A stretch of 59,112 bases of DNA, taken from positions 1 through 59,112 of IMG/VR virus record IMGVR_UViG_3300043256_000282, one strand, 5' to 3'. Within the stretch, counting starts at the first letter, position 1. Every line of letters starts with the position of its first letter. The translations under genes were made by a program, and so were the position numbers. Positions 17,680-27,133 of this stretch are shown in pieces. Source of the DNA: a virus (taxonomy: Duplodnaviria; Caudoviricetes). The notes beneath the pieces were generated by a model that did no database searches, was not told the DNA's origin, and was given only the letters and a program-made list of their open reading frames with translations.

Positions 17680-17897
17680 CCAATTTCACGACCATCGTCA
17701 TCGGCCGGACCCACCTCAAGCCACGGCTGGAAATCTATCTCGACGGCGAGATCATCGGGCTCATCGACGTGGAGCCGCGCGGCAGCCACCAGACTCGGCT
17801 GCGTATCTCATCGGCGCCGGCGCTTCGCTTCGTGCGGGCCGAGATCGACCGCGAGCGCAAAGATCGGATCATATTTCCCGAGCGTCCCAAGGGGTAG
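17676..17897 (+). CDS. csrA: Divergent CsrA/RsmA-family RNA-binding translational regulator
   Basis: 73 aa, beta-strand pattern; GSHQTRLRISSAPALRFVRAEI aligns with CsrA [22 protein letters not shown], keeping the Arg44-equivalent. Confidence 0.62.
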   Translation: MTNFTTIVIGRTHLKPRLEIYLDGEIIGLIDVEPRGSHQTRLRISSAPALRFVRAEIDRERKDRIIFPERPKG

Positions 17898-17900
17898 CCT

Positions 17901-18089
17901 ATGTTCTGTTGTAAATGCAACAAGCCTTTTCCTGGCGAATGTACGTGCTCTGATCGCGATGAGCGGTTGGCGGATATCAGAAAAAGTCCACACATTGCTT
18001 TGCGTATCTGTCAAGCCTGTGGGCGACACGCTGATCTATGCCAGTGTGCTGATGGTCCCACAACACGTTTGGAAGTCAGAAAGCCATGA
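17901..18089 (+). CDS. Small Cys-rich protein
   Basis: CCKC..CTC..CQAC..CQC. Confidence 0.65.
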   Translation: MFCCKCNKPFPGECTCSDRDERLADIRKSPHIALRICQACGRHADLCQCADGPTTRLEVRKP

Positions 18090-18349
18090 CCGGCCGCCCC
18101 GCAGCAGGTTGGGATCGCATCGACAGCCGGCCGGGCCGGTTCGTCCTGGCCATCGGCCGGGATCGCAAGCCCCGCATTCAGGACACCCACGGATGCGACG
18201 TGAGCCAGTGCAAGCTGGCGCGGTCGCTGTTCGACAAAGGCGAGTTTGTCCGCATGATCGACGTCAACCGATGGGGTTACGTCACGATGATAGAAGTTTC
18301 AGCCCAAGAACAGGAACCGACCCCAAATGTCCAGAATAATCAAACTTGA
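18086..18349 (+). CDS. Hypothetical protein
   Basis: ATGA overlap. Confidence 0.6.
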   Translation: MTGRPAAGWDRIDSRPGRFVLAIGRDRKPRIQDTHGCDVSQCKLARSLFDKGEFVRMIDVNRWGYVTMIEVSAQEQEPTPNVQNNQT

Positions 18350-19598
18350 ATCCGAGAACATTCTGTGCCTCAAGGCCATCAGCATCGTGCCGGATGGATC
18401 GCTCGTGAAGATCACGGGCCCCAATGACAGTGGAAAGACCGCCAACCTGAAATCGATCTGGATGACGCTCGGTGGCAAGAAGGAAATCCCCGACGATGCG
18501 ATCCGCCAGGGCCAGGATAAAGGCTTTGTGCAACTCAACATCGGCGACAACGGCGAGGTCGAATGCACCGCGAGACTCAATCTGCGTCGGCGCGCCGATG
18601 GCACAATCAAAGCAGACGAGATCATCCTCAAGGATGCCAAGGGCCGTACCCAAGGCAGTCCTATGTCGCGGCTGCGAGACATGCTCGGCTTTGGCCGTGG
18701 GCAATTCGATCCACTTGCATTCGCTGGCGCCAACCCGGAAGCCCAGGTCGATATGCTCAAGACCGCGCTCGGTCTCGACTTCTCGGAGTTGGACGCTGAG
18801 TACGGCGACCAATATGAAGAGCGCACAATCATCAACCGCCAAGCCAAGGAGCTTGCGGCCAAGATCGGTGAAGCGGACCCCGACGTGCCAGCCAAGCGGG
18901 AAGATTCGGCGGCACTGGCCGAGGAATATAAGCAGGCGATGGCGGCCACCGAGTATAACCGGCAGCGCGAGGCGACAATCATAGCGGCTGAACAATCACA
19001 TAATGCTTCATTGAAACGAGTCGAAGAACTAAACACGCAACTCGCTAACGCCACACGAGACTCGGCCACGGATTGGGAAGCCATCGTAGCAGCGGAGAAG
19101 GTGGAGCCACGAAATATCCCTAACGTCGAGGCCATTTCCGAGCGCATGAACAATGCCGACGCAATCAATGAGCGTGTGCGCGCCCATGAGCTTCGGCTTG
19201 AGAACGTCAAAGAGTTGGCCGATCTCAAAGCCAAGTCCGATGTGTTCACAACCAACCTGGCCACGATCAAGGCAACTCGGGACAAGATGATCGCCGATGC
19301 CGACTTCCCGATCAATGGCGTTGTGATCGAGGGCAACCAAATCCTCATCAACGACCATCCATTGGCGAACCAAGGCAGCTCGGCTCAGTTGCGTTTCGGC
19401 GCATTGCTCGTGATGAAGTCCGATCCGAAGCTGCGGATTCTCACGATGGACGAAGCGCTCGGCAAGCTCGATGATGAATCACTGGAAATGCTCGGCGTGT
19501 TGCTCGATGAGCATAACTTCCAGGGGTGGATCACCGGGCCGCGCACGGTCGGCGAAGGTTGCATCGAAATCCGGGACGGGGAGGTGATGGCAAAATGA
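18327..19598 (+). CDS. SMC/SbcC-like ABC ATPase with coiled coil
   Basis: Walker A GPNDSGKT, central coiled coil, signature-like GSSAQ, Walker B LTMDE. Confidence 0.88.
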   Translation: MSRIIKLESENILCLKAISIVPDGSLVKITGPNDSGKTANLKSIWMTLGGKKEIPDDAIRQGQDKGFVQLNIGDNGEVECTARLNLRRRADGTIKADEIILKDAKGRTQGSPMSRLRDMLGFGRGQFDPLAFAGANPEAQVDMLKTALGLDFSELDAEYGDQYEERTIINRQAKELAAKIGEADPDVPAKREDSAALAEEYKQAMAATEYNRQREATIIAAEQSHNASLKRVEELNTQLANATRDSATDWEAIVAAEKVEPRNIPNVEAISERMNNADAINERVRAHELRLENVKELADLKAKSDVFTTNLATIKATRDKMIADADFPINGVVIEGNQILINDHPLANQGSSAQLRFGALLVMKSDPKLRILTMDEALGKLDDESLEMLGVLLDEHNFQGWITGPRTVGEGCIEIRDGEVMAK

Positions 19599-19957
19599 CT
19601 GCGTTATCAAATACACTCTTGATTGCCATTCACGAAGCCAAAGCCGCTATTGATCCAACCCAACCGATCGAGGTACAAGCCCGCGCCGCAATGAATGCTG
19701 TCAAGGATTTTTGGCTGACTACCGATGATGATCTGCGTTTCCGAGGCGCTATTGGCGGGCTCTTGCTTGCCAACGAAAAGAACGAAAGAATTACTAAGCA
19801 GATCACAACTGAGATCAAAATCTTGCGTGACCTAAACGCAATGATGACCGGAGTTTCCGTAGATACCTTACACATGATGCCGCCAAAAGATTTCGAGCCG
19901 ATCGGGCTCGGGAAGTTATGGCTTGAGATAACACAATCGAAACGGGATGGGAAGTAG
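19595..19957 (+). CDS. Hypothetical protein
   Basis: ATGA overlap; GGAGG RBS. Confidence 0.65.
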   Translation: MTALSNTLLIAIHEAKAAIDPTQPIEVQARAAMNAVKDFWLTTDDDLRFRGAIGGLLLANEKNERITKQITTEIKILRDLNAMMTGVSVDTLHMMPPKDFEPIGLGKLWLEITQSKRDGK

Positions 19958-19963
19958 AGCCTA

Positions 19964-20416
19964 ATGGGTGACGCAGCAGAAGCCATCGTGAACGGCGACG
20001 ACTGCGAAGGGTGCGGCGAGTACATCGGACCCGGCCACGGCTATCCTCGCTTGTGTGCCGGGTGTGATCCCAAAGGCGGTGAAGCTACTCACATCCTTCA
20101 TCCGCCCGAGCCCCGTCGTCGCGGCGGACAACGCCGTGCGCGACGCGCCGACGCCACGACAGAGTTTGACCGAGCCGCCCACCTTGCCGAGAACAACGGA
20201 TTCCGTCTGCGCAAATGCTCCGATGCTCACTACCAGCTTGTTCATGTCGAGAAGGACTGGCTCCTGAATATCTATCCGGGCAACGGGCGTCTCTACAGCG
20301 ATCCCCATCGCAAGCCGCCATACTTTGGGCTTGACCCCGGCTTCTCGCTGATTGAGGTTGTGCAACGAGCGATCGCACTTGATGGCCCCCTTTTGGAGAC
20401 TCCCGCAGATGAATGA
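19964..20416 (+). CDS. Hypothetical protein with N-terminal zinc finger
   Basis: CEGCG...CAGC. Confidence 0.7.
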   Translation: MGDAAEAIVNGDDCEGCGEYIGPGHGYPRLCAGCDPKGGEATHILHPPEPRRRGGQRRARRADATTEFDRAAHLAENNGFRLRKCSDAHYQLVHVEKDWLLNIYPGNGRLYSDPHRKPPYFGLDPGFSLIEVVQRAIALDGPLLETPADE

Positions 20417-20603
20417 ATGGCAACCGATTGAAACGGCACCGAAGGATGGGACCGCGATTCTATGTTGGGATGGCCACAACCGTGTCATCTGCCGTCGAGA
20501 TAATGGACACTTCAACGTCATACATGACAGCGAAGATTATCACTGGAGTGAATACTCGCCCACCCACTGGCAGCCCTTACCCGCACCTCCAGAGACGACA
20601 TGA
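20409..20603 (+). CDS. DUF551-like phage protein
   Basis: EWQPIETAPKDG...PTHWQPLPAPP. Confidence 0.85.
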   Translation: MNEWQPIETAPKDGTAILCWDGHNRVICRRDNGHFNVIHDSEDYHWSEYSPTHWQPLPAPPETT

Positions 20604-20857
20604 CCAAGCTCAACCCCGTCCATGCCGCCGCCCGCAAGCGCGTCGCTTGCCAAGTGAAAGCTCTCTATGGGATGCTGCGTGAGTCATGCTGTGGCAACAC
20701 GTATCATTCGGGGTATCTCGGATCGGACGTAGGCGAAATCATCGGCATCAAGCGCTTCGGCAACAACATTCATATCACGATCGACAGTTTCGACGAACCG
20801 CCGGAGCGGTCGATACTCAGATTGCAACCCGTGAACATTCAGGAGAATTCACAATGA
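20600..20857 (+). CDS. Hypothetical protein
   Basis: ATGA overlaps on both sides. Confidence 0.6.
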   Translation: MTKLNPVHAAARKRVACQVKALYGMLRESCCGNTYHSGYLGSDVGEIIGIKRFGNNIHITIDSFDEPPERSILRLQPVNIQENSQ

Positions 20858-22008
20858 ACACACTCCGAACCAGGGCGTCAGCGCTACCGCTGTTCTTCCT
20901 TTGTCCAGAATCCAGCCGCACCGAGGATGGCGCCGAGGGCGAAGTCATGCGGGTCGATTCCGCCGGCCCGCTTGCGGCGCTTGGCAACGCCGTTCACGAA
21001 TATGCGGCAGCTTGGGTCTACGGCGACGAGCTGATAATCGAGAACATCGCCAAGAAATACGGCGTCGAAGAAGATGAGCTATCGCCGCTGTGCGGCGCTG
21101 CGCGCAATCGGTGGGGCAGCATCAAACAGTATTTCGCCGAATGTGAAGTGCTGATGACGGAACAACCGTTGCGCTTTGAATTGGAGGACGAACACACGGA
21201 CCTGATCGTCACCGGCACGTCGGATATCGTCGGGGCCGAGGAAGAAATGCTCGCGGTCGGAGACTGGAAAAGCGGGTACCTCGATACCGATCACTTCCAC
21301 CAGTTGATGGGGTACGCCTATGGCGCTTGGAAAAATTGGGGCGGTCCTAAGACCAAGGGCGTGACGATGTTCACGATCATGCTGCGGAGCTACGATGTTG
21401 ATATCGTCCGTGTCACAGTTGCCGAGCTAGAGGATTGGGCGGCGGTCATGCTCAAGCGAGCGCGTGACGGTTTCGGCACATTCCATCCGGGAACGCACTG
21501 CGCCCATTGCCCCCGAGCGATGGACTGTCCAGGCAAGATCGCACATGACTCGGCGATGATGGTGTCACTCGGCCAGATCGACGAGACGGTTCCGTCCGTC
21601 GCCAACTGGACGGAAGAGAACCACCTTGCATTTGGCCCGTCCGTCGTTGAAGCCCTGCGCCAGATCAAATACTGGACCGGGAAGATGGACGCGATCAAGA
21701 AGTTCGTGAAGGAAAAGGTGATGGAGTTTGGCCCGCTCGCCGATGGCAAAGGTCGAGCCTACAAGATCATCGAGCAGAAGCGGCGATCACTCAAATCCAG
21801 CGCCCGTACTGTGTTGCTCGAACATCTGGGCGATCGACTTGACGAAGCGATCAAGTACAATCTGTCGGCGGCCGAGAAGATCGTCATGGAAGATGCGCCG
21901 CAGGGCACGACAAAGAAAGCGGCCAAAGAGGCCCTGTTGGCCGATCTTGAAAGTATCGACGCCATCGCCGTGAAGGCCACCGGGTCGTTGCGTGAAGGCA
22001 AGGAATAA
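20854..22008 (+). CDS. PD-(D/E)XK exonuclease (Cas4/RecB-like, DUF2800-like)
   Basis: GNAVHE, E, GTSD, DWKSG, QLMGYA and C-terminal CAHCPRAMDC with an N-terminal Cys. Confidence 0.88.
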   Translation: MNTLRTRASALPLFFLCPESSRTEDGAEGEVMRVDSAGPLAALGNAVHEYAAAWVYGDELIIENIAKKYGVEEDELSPLCGAARNRWGSIKQYFAECEVLMTEQPLRFELEDEHTDLIVTGTSDIVGAEEEMLAVGDWKSGYLDTDHFHQLMGYAYGAWKNWGGPKTKGVTMFTIMLRSYDVDIVRVTVAELEDWAAVMLKRARDGFGTFHPGTHCAHCPRAMDCPGKIAHDSAMMVSLGQIDETVPSVANWTEENHLAFGPSVVEALRQIKYWTGKMDAIKKFVKEKVMEFGPLADGKGRAYKIIEQKRRSLKSSARTVLLEHLGDRLDEAIKYNLSAAEKIVMEDAPQGTTKKAAKEALLADLESIDAIAVKATGSLREGKE

Positions 22009-22044
22009 ACCAACCACCACCAACCGAGACGAAAGGTTCACACG

Positions 22045-23310
22045 ATGACGAATGACACGAAAGTCCTTGCCGAACAAAGCAAGGCGGATAAGATCGCGGC
22101 CGACCGCGCGAAGATGGAACAGACAATGACCGACAGTTTGGTCAAGCTGTTGCCGAGACAAGTTGACCCCACCCGATTCACAGCTTTCGCACTCGCGATC
22201 CTGCGCAGTACCGAACTGCGCGATTGCACTGAAAAATCGAAGCTGCTTGCGCTGAGCGATTGTGCCAAGATGGGATTGTTCCCGGATCGCAATCTCGGCC
22301 ACGTCTATCTCATTCCGTTCAACAACAAATCCATAGTAAACGGCAAAACTGAGTGGCACAAAGAAGTCACGGTGATCGCCGGCTATCAAGGCATGATCGA
22401 GTTGGCGCGCCGCTCTGGATTTATCACGACGATCCATACTGGCCTTGTGTGCGAAGGCGACGAGTTCTCCTATTGGACCGACGAGGAAGGCCCGCATCTG
22501 CGCCACGTTCCTACGGATGACCCGGACGATGAAAAGATCGAGAAGGTCTACTGTGTTGCAACGCTCGCGGCTGGCGGCCGGCAAATCGAAGTGATGACGA
22601 TTGCCCAAGTCGAGAAGGTCCGACAATCCTCGAAGACCAAAGACAAAGGCCCGTGGAAAACTGATTATCCCATGATGGTCCGCAAGACGGTCGTTCGCCG
22701 GGCCCGCAAGTATTGGCCGCAGTCTCCCGAGCTTGCTCGACTTGGCGCCCTTGATGATGTGGCCGATGGAATGTACGAGCGCAAACACGTGGACAACATC
22801 GCCGCCGGTGCGCTGGCGAGCGCTCCGACGGGACGGCTCGATACGAAGCCAGAGCCCACGCCGCCGCCGGTTGACGATCAATGGGGGGGCAAGGAACCCC
22901 AGGGCGACGAGCAGACCACGCCGACTGAGCCCAAACCGCAGACCCAACCCGCTGCGAAGACCGAAGAAACCAAAACGAGCGCTCCGACGAAAGAAAAAGC
23001 CCCGGCTGGGTCGAGCGCGGAGCCAGCGACGGCAGAAGCCGACGCTATACCCACCAGCGCCGATGGTCGCCAGCAATGGCTAGCGCGTCTGGCGATGACG
23101 TCGGCGGGCTGGGACGATGAGCAGATGGCCACGGCAATCATACGGCGTTGGCTATTGACCAATCAGGTCGCGCCGAGCCAACTGAACAAGGACGCCATCT
23201 TCAATCCGACCCGAGAGCAGATCGAGAAGATCGACTGGAAGCCGGCGTTCGATGAATGGGCGAGCGAGGCTGAGAAGGCTGCTGCAAAGGAAGGGGCATC
23301 TACCCAATGA
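22045..23310 (+). CDS. recT: RecT-family ssDNA annealing recombinase
   Basis: GLFPD..GHVYLIPF, GYQGMIELARRSG, PWKTDYPMMVRKTVVRRARKYWPQS. Confidence 0.93.
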   Translation: MTNDTKVLAEQSKADKIAADRAKMEQTMTDSLVKLLPRQVDPTRFTAFALAILRSTELRDCTEKSKLLALSDCAKMGLFPDRNLGHVYLIPFNNKSIVNGKTEWHKEVTVIAGYQGMIELARRSGFITTIHTGLVCEGDEFSYWTDEEGPHLRHVPTDDPDDEKIEKVYCVATLAAGGRQIEVMTIAQVEKVRQSSKTKDKGPWKTDYPMMVRKTVVRRARKYWPQSPELARLGALDDVADGMYERKHVDNIAAGALASAPTGRLDTKPEPTPPPVDDQWGGKEPQGDEQTTPTEPKPQTQPAAKTEETKTSAPTKEKAPAGSSAEPATAEADAIPTSADGRQQWLARLAMTSAGWDDEQMATAIIRRWLLTNQVAPSQLNKDAIFNPTREQIEKIDWKPAFDEWASEAEKAAAKEGASTQ

Positions 23311-23645
23311 CCGGGCAGACACAGACAACCGAGCAAGAGCAAGGGGAGTGTGTGCTCGTCTACGACGATGACAAATTGTTGATGCTGTCGCTCAAGCACC
23401 TGCACATTGTCCGTGTCAATTTGACCGGCGGCTATGCAATAACCGAAGACGCGGCATCCGCCGCCATGCGCGACCCCGCCCGCGTCCTGAACATCTCGGC
23501 GTACCCGAAGGTGGTGGAGGCTTGCAGGGCGACGTTGGCCATTGCCGAGAGTCAACTCAGCGGACCCTACGGCACTACAGAGGCTATTGCACTCGCCCGC
23601 GCCGCTCTCGTCGACGTCCACCCCACCGAGGGAGCCAAGACGTGA
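23307..23645 (+). CDS. Hypothetical protein (cassette 1)
   Basis: ATGA overlap; ends EGAKT. Confidence 0.65.
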   Translation: MTGQTQTTEQEQGECVLVYDDDKLLMLSLKHLHIVRVNLTGGYAITEDAASAAMRDPARVLNISAYPKVVEACRATLAIAESQLSGPYGTTEAIALARAALVDVHPTEGAKT

Positions 23646-23926
23646 GTGAGCGAGAACGCGAACTTGCTGAACAATTAGCCAATGCGGAACGTGACGGTGA
23701 GCGATTCTGTCACCGCATCGCCGAGCTGGAGGCCATCGTTGGGAACTGCGACAGAACACGAGACGGAGCCATTATTCAACCTCGCATGATCTTGTATGCC
23801 AAGACGTATGGTGGCAGAATCAGAGATGTTCAGGCGGTAATGCTCGTGAAAAACTACGAGGGATGTTATGTGGCAGCAGCTTCTTGCTACTCCACCCGTG
23901 CCGCCGCCGAGGGAGCCAAGACATGA
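23642..23926 (+). CDS. Hypothetical protein (cassette 2)
   Basis: GTGA overlap; RIAELEAIV...YSTRAAAEGAKT. Confidence 0.7.
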   Translation: MSERERELAEQLANAERDGERFCHRIAELEAIVGNCDRTRDGAIIQPRMILYAKTYGGRIRDVQAVMLVKNYEGCYVAAASCYSTRAAAEGAKT

Positions 23927-24318
23927 GCGAGCAGACACTTGTAGAGAGATTGCAGACGACAGAAGCGCATGGGCAAGTAACACTCACGCCCGAGGAGATG
24001 GTGTCTTATGGGGCAAGTGTTCCGACAGCATTTGTTGACCACACGCCGCTTCTACGCGCTGCCGCCGACCGCATCGAGGAGCTAGAGGCCATCGTCGAGA
24101 AGCTGCCCAAGACTGCGGATGGGGTAATAGTTGTACCAGGGATGCAGGGCGTTTGGATTTCGCCACACCAGGTAACTGCTGGGATTCGTGAGTGTTTCGG
24201 CGGCTTGGAAGCTGAGTACGACGGAGACAACGGACCTGAACATATGCCGTTTGACCAGACATACTCCACCCGCGCCGCCGCCGAGGCTGCCAAGGGAGCC
24301 GAGGCCGGAAAGAAGTGA
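23923..24318 (+). CDS. Hypothetical protein (cassette 3, paralog of cassette 2)
   Basis: RIEELEAIV...YSTRAAAEAAK. Confidence 0.7.
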   Translation: MSEQTLVERLQTTEAHGQVTLTPEEMVSYGASVPTAFVDHTPLLRAAADRIEELEAIVEKLPKTADGVIVVPGMQGVWISPHQVTAGIRECFGGLEAEYDGDNGPEHMPFDQTYSTRAAAEAAKGAEAGKK

Positions 24319-25010
24319 TCCGCAACATGCCACCGTCTCCGGGGGAGACCTTGGAGGCGGTGTGCCTTCTTTTCCGGGCGCTGGATGAAACCCAAATCAA
24401 TCGCATGTTCCAGGCCAATGCGCCAGGGGCACACAACCAAATCCGGACGATGGCCGCCGGCGCCCTCTACTACGTCGGGGCCGCCGACTACAACCTGGCC
24501 GCCGCGCTGCTGAACTTCACCAGTCGGCACAACGTCACAAAGTCGATCAATCGCTACCAAGACTTGCCGCGCGCTATTCGCGATCCGTGGGAAGAGACCG
24601 TGCGCGAGCTTGCCTACTTCTGGCGCAACGAACCCAACAAGGCCCAGCATAAGCGGGCCGGAGTCGTGGCGTGGAATCGCCTGCCCGAGATCGTGAAATG
24701 GGTGGCCGACAACCGATGGCAACGCAAGATTATTATCACGGGGCCAATGCTCACCCGGCTGCGCATGATCGGCGGTCTAGCGAAGTATGAACCGCCGGGC
24801 TGGGACTGCCCAATGTGCCGGAAGCTGGAACGCCGCGAGCTGCTCAATCGCAGTGTACTCTCCACTCGCAAACGCGCCCGCGCCATCCTATGCTACCGCA
24901 TCAACGCCGCTGGCCGACGCATATTGGAACGATTGGATGCTGCTAAGCCGCAACGAAGTCGCACGGATGATCAAAGAGCAGATCGCCCGGACGCTGCTGC
25001 GGCCAACTGA
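24315..25010 (+). CDS. Putative DNA-binding protein (DnaA domain IV-like HTH plus C-terminal wHTH)
   Basis: QIRTMAAGALYY..YNLAAALLNFTSRHNVTKSI and KLERRELL...YRINAAGRRIL patterns. Confidence 0.45.
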   Translation: MIRNMPPSPGETLEAVCLLFRALDETQINRMFQANAPGAHNQIRTMAAGALYYVGAADYNLAAALLNFTSRHNVTKSINRYQDLPRAIRDPWEETVRELAYFWRNEPNKAQHKRAGVVAWNRLPEIVKWVADNRWQRKIIITGPMLTRLRMIGGLAKYEPPGWDCPMCRKLERRELLNRSVLSTRKRARAILCYRINAAGRRILERLDAAKPQRSRTDDQRADRPDAAAAN

Positions 25011-25311
25011 CACTCTCCAGCCAAATGGTGCTTTGGCCGCCGACGTGATTGTTGATCCCGATGGCGGCCTTGCCGCAAGCTCGGTCGGCCTTGCCATAGT
25101 GCTTGGCGCTGGCGACGAAACGGGACGCTTGGCTCCATTCGGTAGCCCCGCCCCGCATACAGGATTCCTCTATTGCGACGGATCGGCGGTCTCAAGAGCG
25201 ACGTATTCTGCTCTATTCGCCAAGATTGGGACGACGTATGGCGCAGGCGATGGTGCAACGACGTTCAATCTTCCCGACGGTCGCGGCGTGGCGATCATAG
25301 GAGTTTCGTAG
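24937..25311 (+). CDS. Phage tail-collar domain protein
   Basis: GFLYCDGSAVSRATYSALFAKIGTTYGAGDGATTFNLPDGRG is a canonical tail-collar motif. Confidence 0.9.
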   Translation: MLLSRNEVARMIKEQIARTLLRPTDTLQPNGALAADVIVDPDGGLAASSVGLAIVLGAGDETGRLAPFGSPAPHTGFLYCDGSAVSRATYSALFAKIGTTYGAGDGATTFNLPDGRGVAIIGVS

Positions 25312-25716
25312 ATGGCTGACATCCACGCGTTAGACGGCAACAATAAACAGTGGCGGCTGGTGATGCACTTCCCGGTCCCTGGCGGCGTCAACAGCGTCGG
25401 CGTTTCTTGGTCTGATGCGTTGGTGTTGCTGTCGACGATCAACACCGGATTGCCACCTCAGTCGATCCTGAACAATTCGACGACGGGCGATCCTGCGACC
25501 GCTGGCCCTGGTGAGATCAGCGACAATGCCAAAGCCGCACTCGCTGCTGGCACGTTGTTCGAGCATCAGAAGATGGTTCCCCTCGAAAGCAACGGTACAT
25601 TGCCCGCCCAGCTTAGGGTTGCCGCCCGCAAGTTTTACCGGAACGAGAAAGCCGACCTCACCGACCAACTCAAGCAGAAGTTGAAGTACTTCGGCTATCA
25701 GGAGGCTGGCGCATGA
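25312..25716 (+). CDS. Hypothetical virion-associated protein
   Basis: Adjacent to the collar gene; GGAG RBS. Confidence 0.65.
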   Translation: MADIHALDGNNKQWRLVMHFPVPGGVNSVGVSWSDALVLLSTINTGLPPQSILNNSTTGDPATAGPGEISDNAKAALAAGTLFEHQKMVPLESNGTLPAQLRVAARKFYRNEKADLTDQLKQKLKYFGYQEAGA

Positions 25717-26333
25717 CTACCTCTACTCCGGTAATTACAGACGACACGCTGCTCCTGAGTCATCAACTTATCACGCATCCGGACAGTAAGTATGGGGCGC
25801 CACTGGACGTTGAGACGAAGTGGTGGGCTCTCATTGATATGTCGGCGGGATTTATAGAGGCTGCTGCTAACACAAATCCGGGCAAGTTTATTATTCAAAC
25901 ATCGGCACGATCGTCAGGTGATGAAGATTGGATAGATGCATATACAGCAGAGATTCCGGAAACGGGTACGCCTGCTGATGAAGCACTGACGAATACCGAA
26001 ACATTGGGCACCAAGGTTCTGCGTGTTGCAGCAACGACCGGGTTTGCTGCTCTCAACGACATCTACATTCTAGATGCGTCGGTGTTGGCTGATAGCGAAT
26101 GGGCGAAAGTTGAAACAATCGTCGCGGCGACCTCTATCGACATTACTGACGGCCTGACAACCGGAAAAGATAGTGCAGACACCATCTTCGGAAGTGCGTT
26201 CCGCGATTCGATTGGTCTTGATCTCAGATCGGTGAGTCGGATTCGTGCGATCTTCATGCACGAGGGAGTAGCTGGAGCAAATATGCACGTCAAGGTACAA
26301 ATCTCAACCTTTGATTCGGTACTCAACGTCTGA
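25713..26333 (+). CDS. Hypothetical beta-rich structural protein
   Basis: Thr/Ala-rich; ATGA overlap. Confidence 0.65.
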   Translation: MTTSTPVITDDTLLLSHQLITHPDSKYGAPLDVETKWWALIDMSAGFIEAAANTNPGKFIIQTSARSSGDEDWIDAYTAEIPETGTPADEALTNTETLGTKVLRVAATTGFAALNDIYILDASVLADSEWAKVETIVAATSIDITDGLTTGKDSADTIFGSAFRDSIGLDLRSVSRIRAIFMHEGVAGANMHVKVQISTFDSVLNV

Positions 26334-27133
26334 TGATCCAGGTCTACCAAGACATTGTTCAGCCGGTCGTTCGGTTCCCGTGGGAGTCGATGCGCGAGCA
26401 TGAACCGTCGCGTGCGTTCGTTCAAGGGAGCACGCAATACTTCGAGCTTGCGACCTCTGTTTTGTCTGGGGTTCCATCGACCTTCTCTACATGGTTCAAC
26501 GTCAATGACCTTACGAACGACCACATTCTTATGGCGTTAGCTAACTCAAGCGGCGCAACCGTGTTTTTTATTCTACGTGCCGCTGGTGGAATTGCTGGCG
26601 ACCCCTTGCGTTTCACAGCCAGAAATGCCGGTACCGCTCGCCATGCCGATACAACGGTAGCCTTCAAGATGAATACCTGGCAGCATGCACTCGCTCGCGT
26701 CCGCAGTGCAACTGATCGGGACTGCCGCATAGATAACGGAAGTGAAGGCACAAGCACAGATGCTATTACCCCAGCGGGCATTGATACGATGTCGATTGGA
26801 CGAGTTGGGGATTCTTCGCCCACCGGAAATATAGACGGACGCCTCTCCTGGCCGTGTTTCTGGAACGTCTATCTCACTGATGCGGAGGGCGGCGAACTCG
26901 CATCCGGTCGGCCCCCGTGGGAGGTTCGACCAGAATCTATTGTCGCTTGTCCAGACTTTAGAACGCTCTGGGACCCGTTCCTGAAACTGCAATTCCCGAG
27001 CTTCAATGGTCCCACAATCGCCAACCCCTACCGCGACTGGACACTGCCAGGCGACACGGCACAGTTCATTGATACACCTGTGGCGGCAGCAGCAGGCATA
27101 CCGATATTACGACGACGAATGGAAGCCGCGTAA
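26333..27133 (+). CDS. LamG/concanavalin A-like lectin domain protein
   Basis: TFSTWFN...NTWQHALA...IDN...SIGR...DGRLSWPCFWNVYLTDAE. Confidence 0.8.
   Translation: MIQVYQDIVQPVVRFPWESMREHEPSRAFVQGSTQYFELATSVLSGVPSTFSTWFNVNDLTNDHILMALANSSGATVFFILRAAGGIAGDPLRFTARNAGTARHADTTVAFKMNTWQHALARVRSATDRDCRIDNGSEGTSTDAITPAGIDTMSIGRVGDSSPTGNIDGRLSWPCFWNVYLTDAEGGELASGRPPWEVRPESIVACPDFRTLWDPFLKLQFPSFNGPTIANPYRDWTLPGDTAQFIDTPVAAAAGIPILRRRMEAA

Noticed and set aside
18282-23076. Long minus-strand ORFs (e.g. 18299-19351, 21787-23076)
   Set aside because: They are shadow ORFs opposite well-supported genes in GC-rich DNA, with no motifs.
23700-24300. Diversity-generating retroelement TR/VR pair
   Set aside because: The repeats are short, differences are not adenine-specific, and no reverse transcriptase is present.
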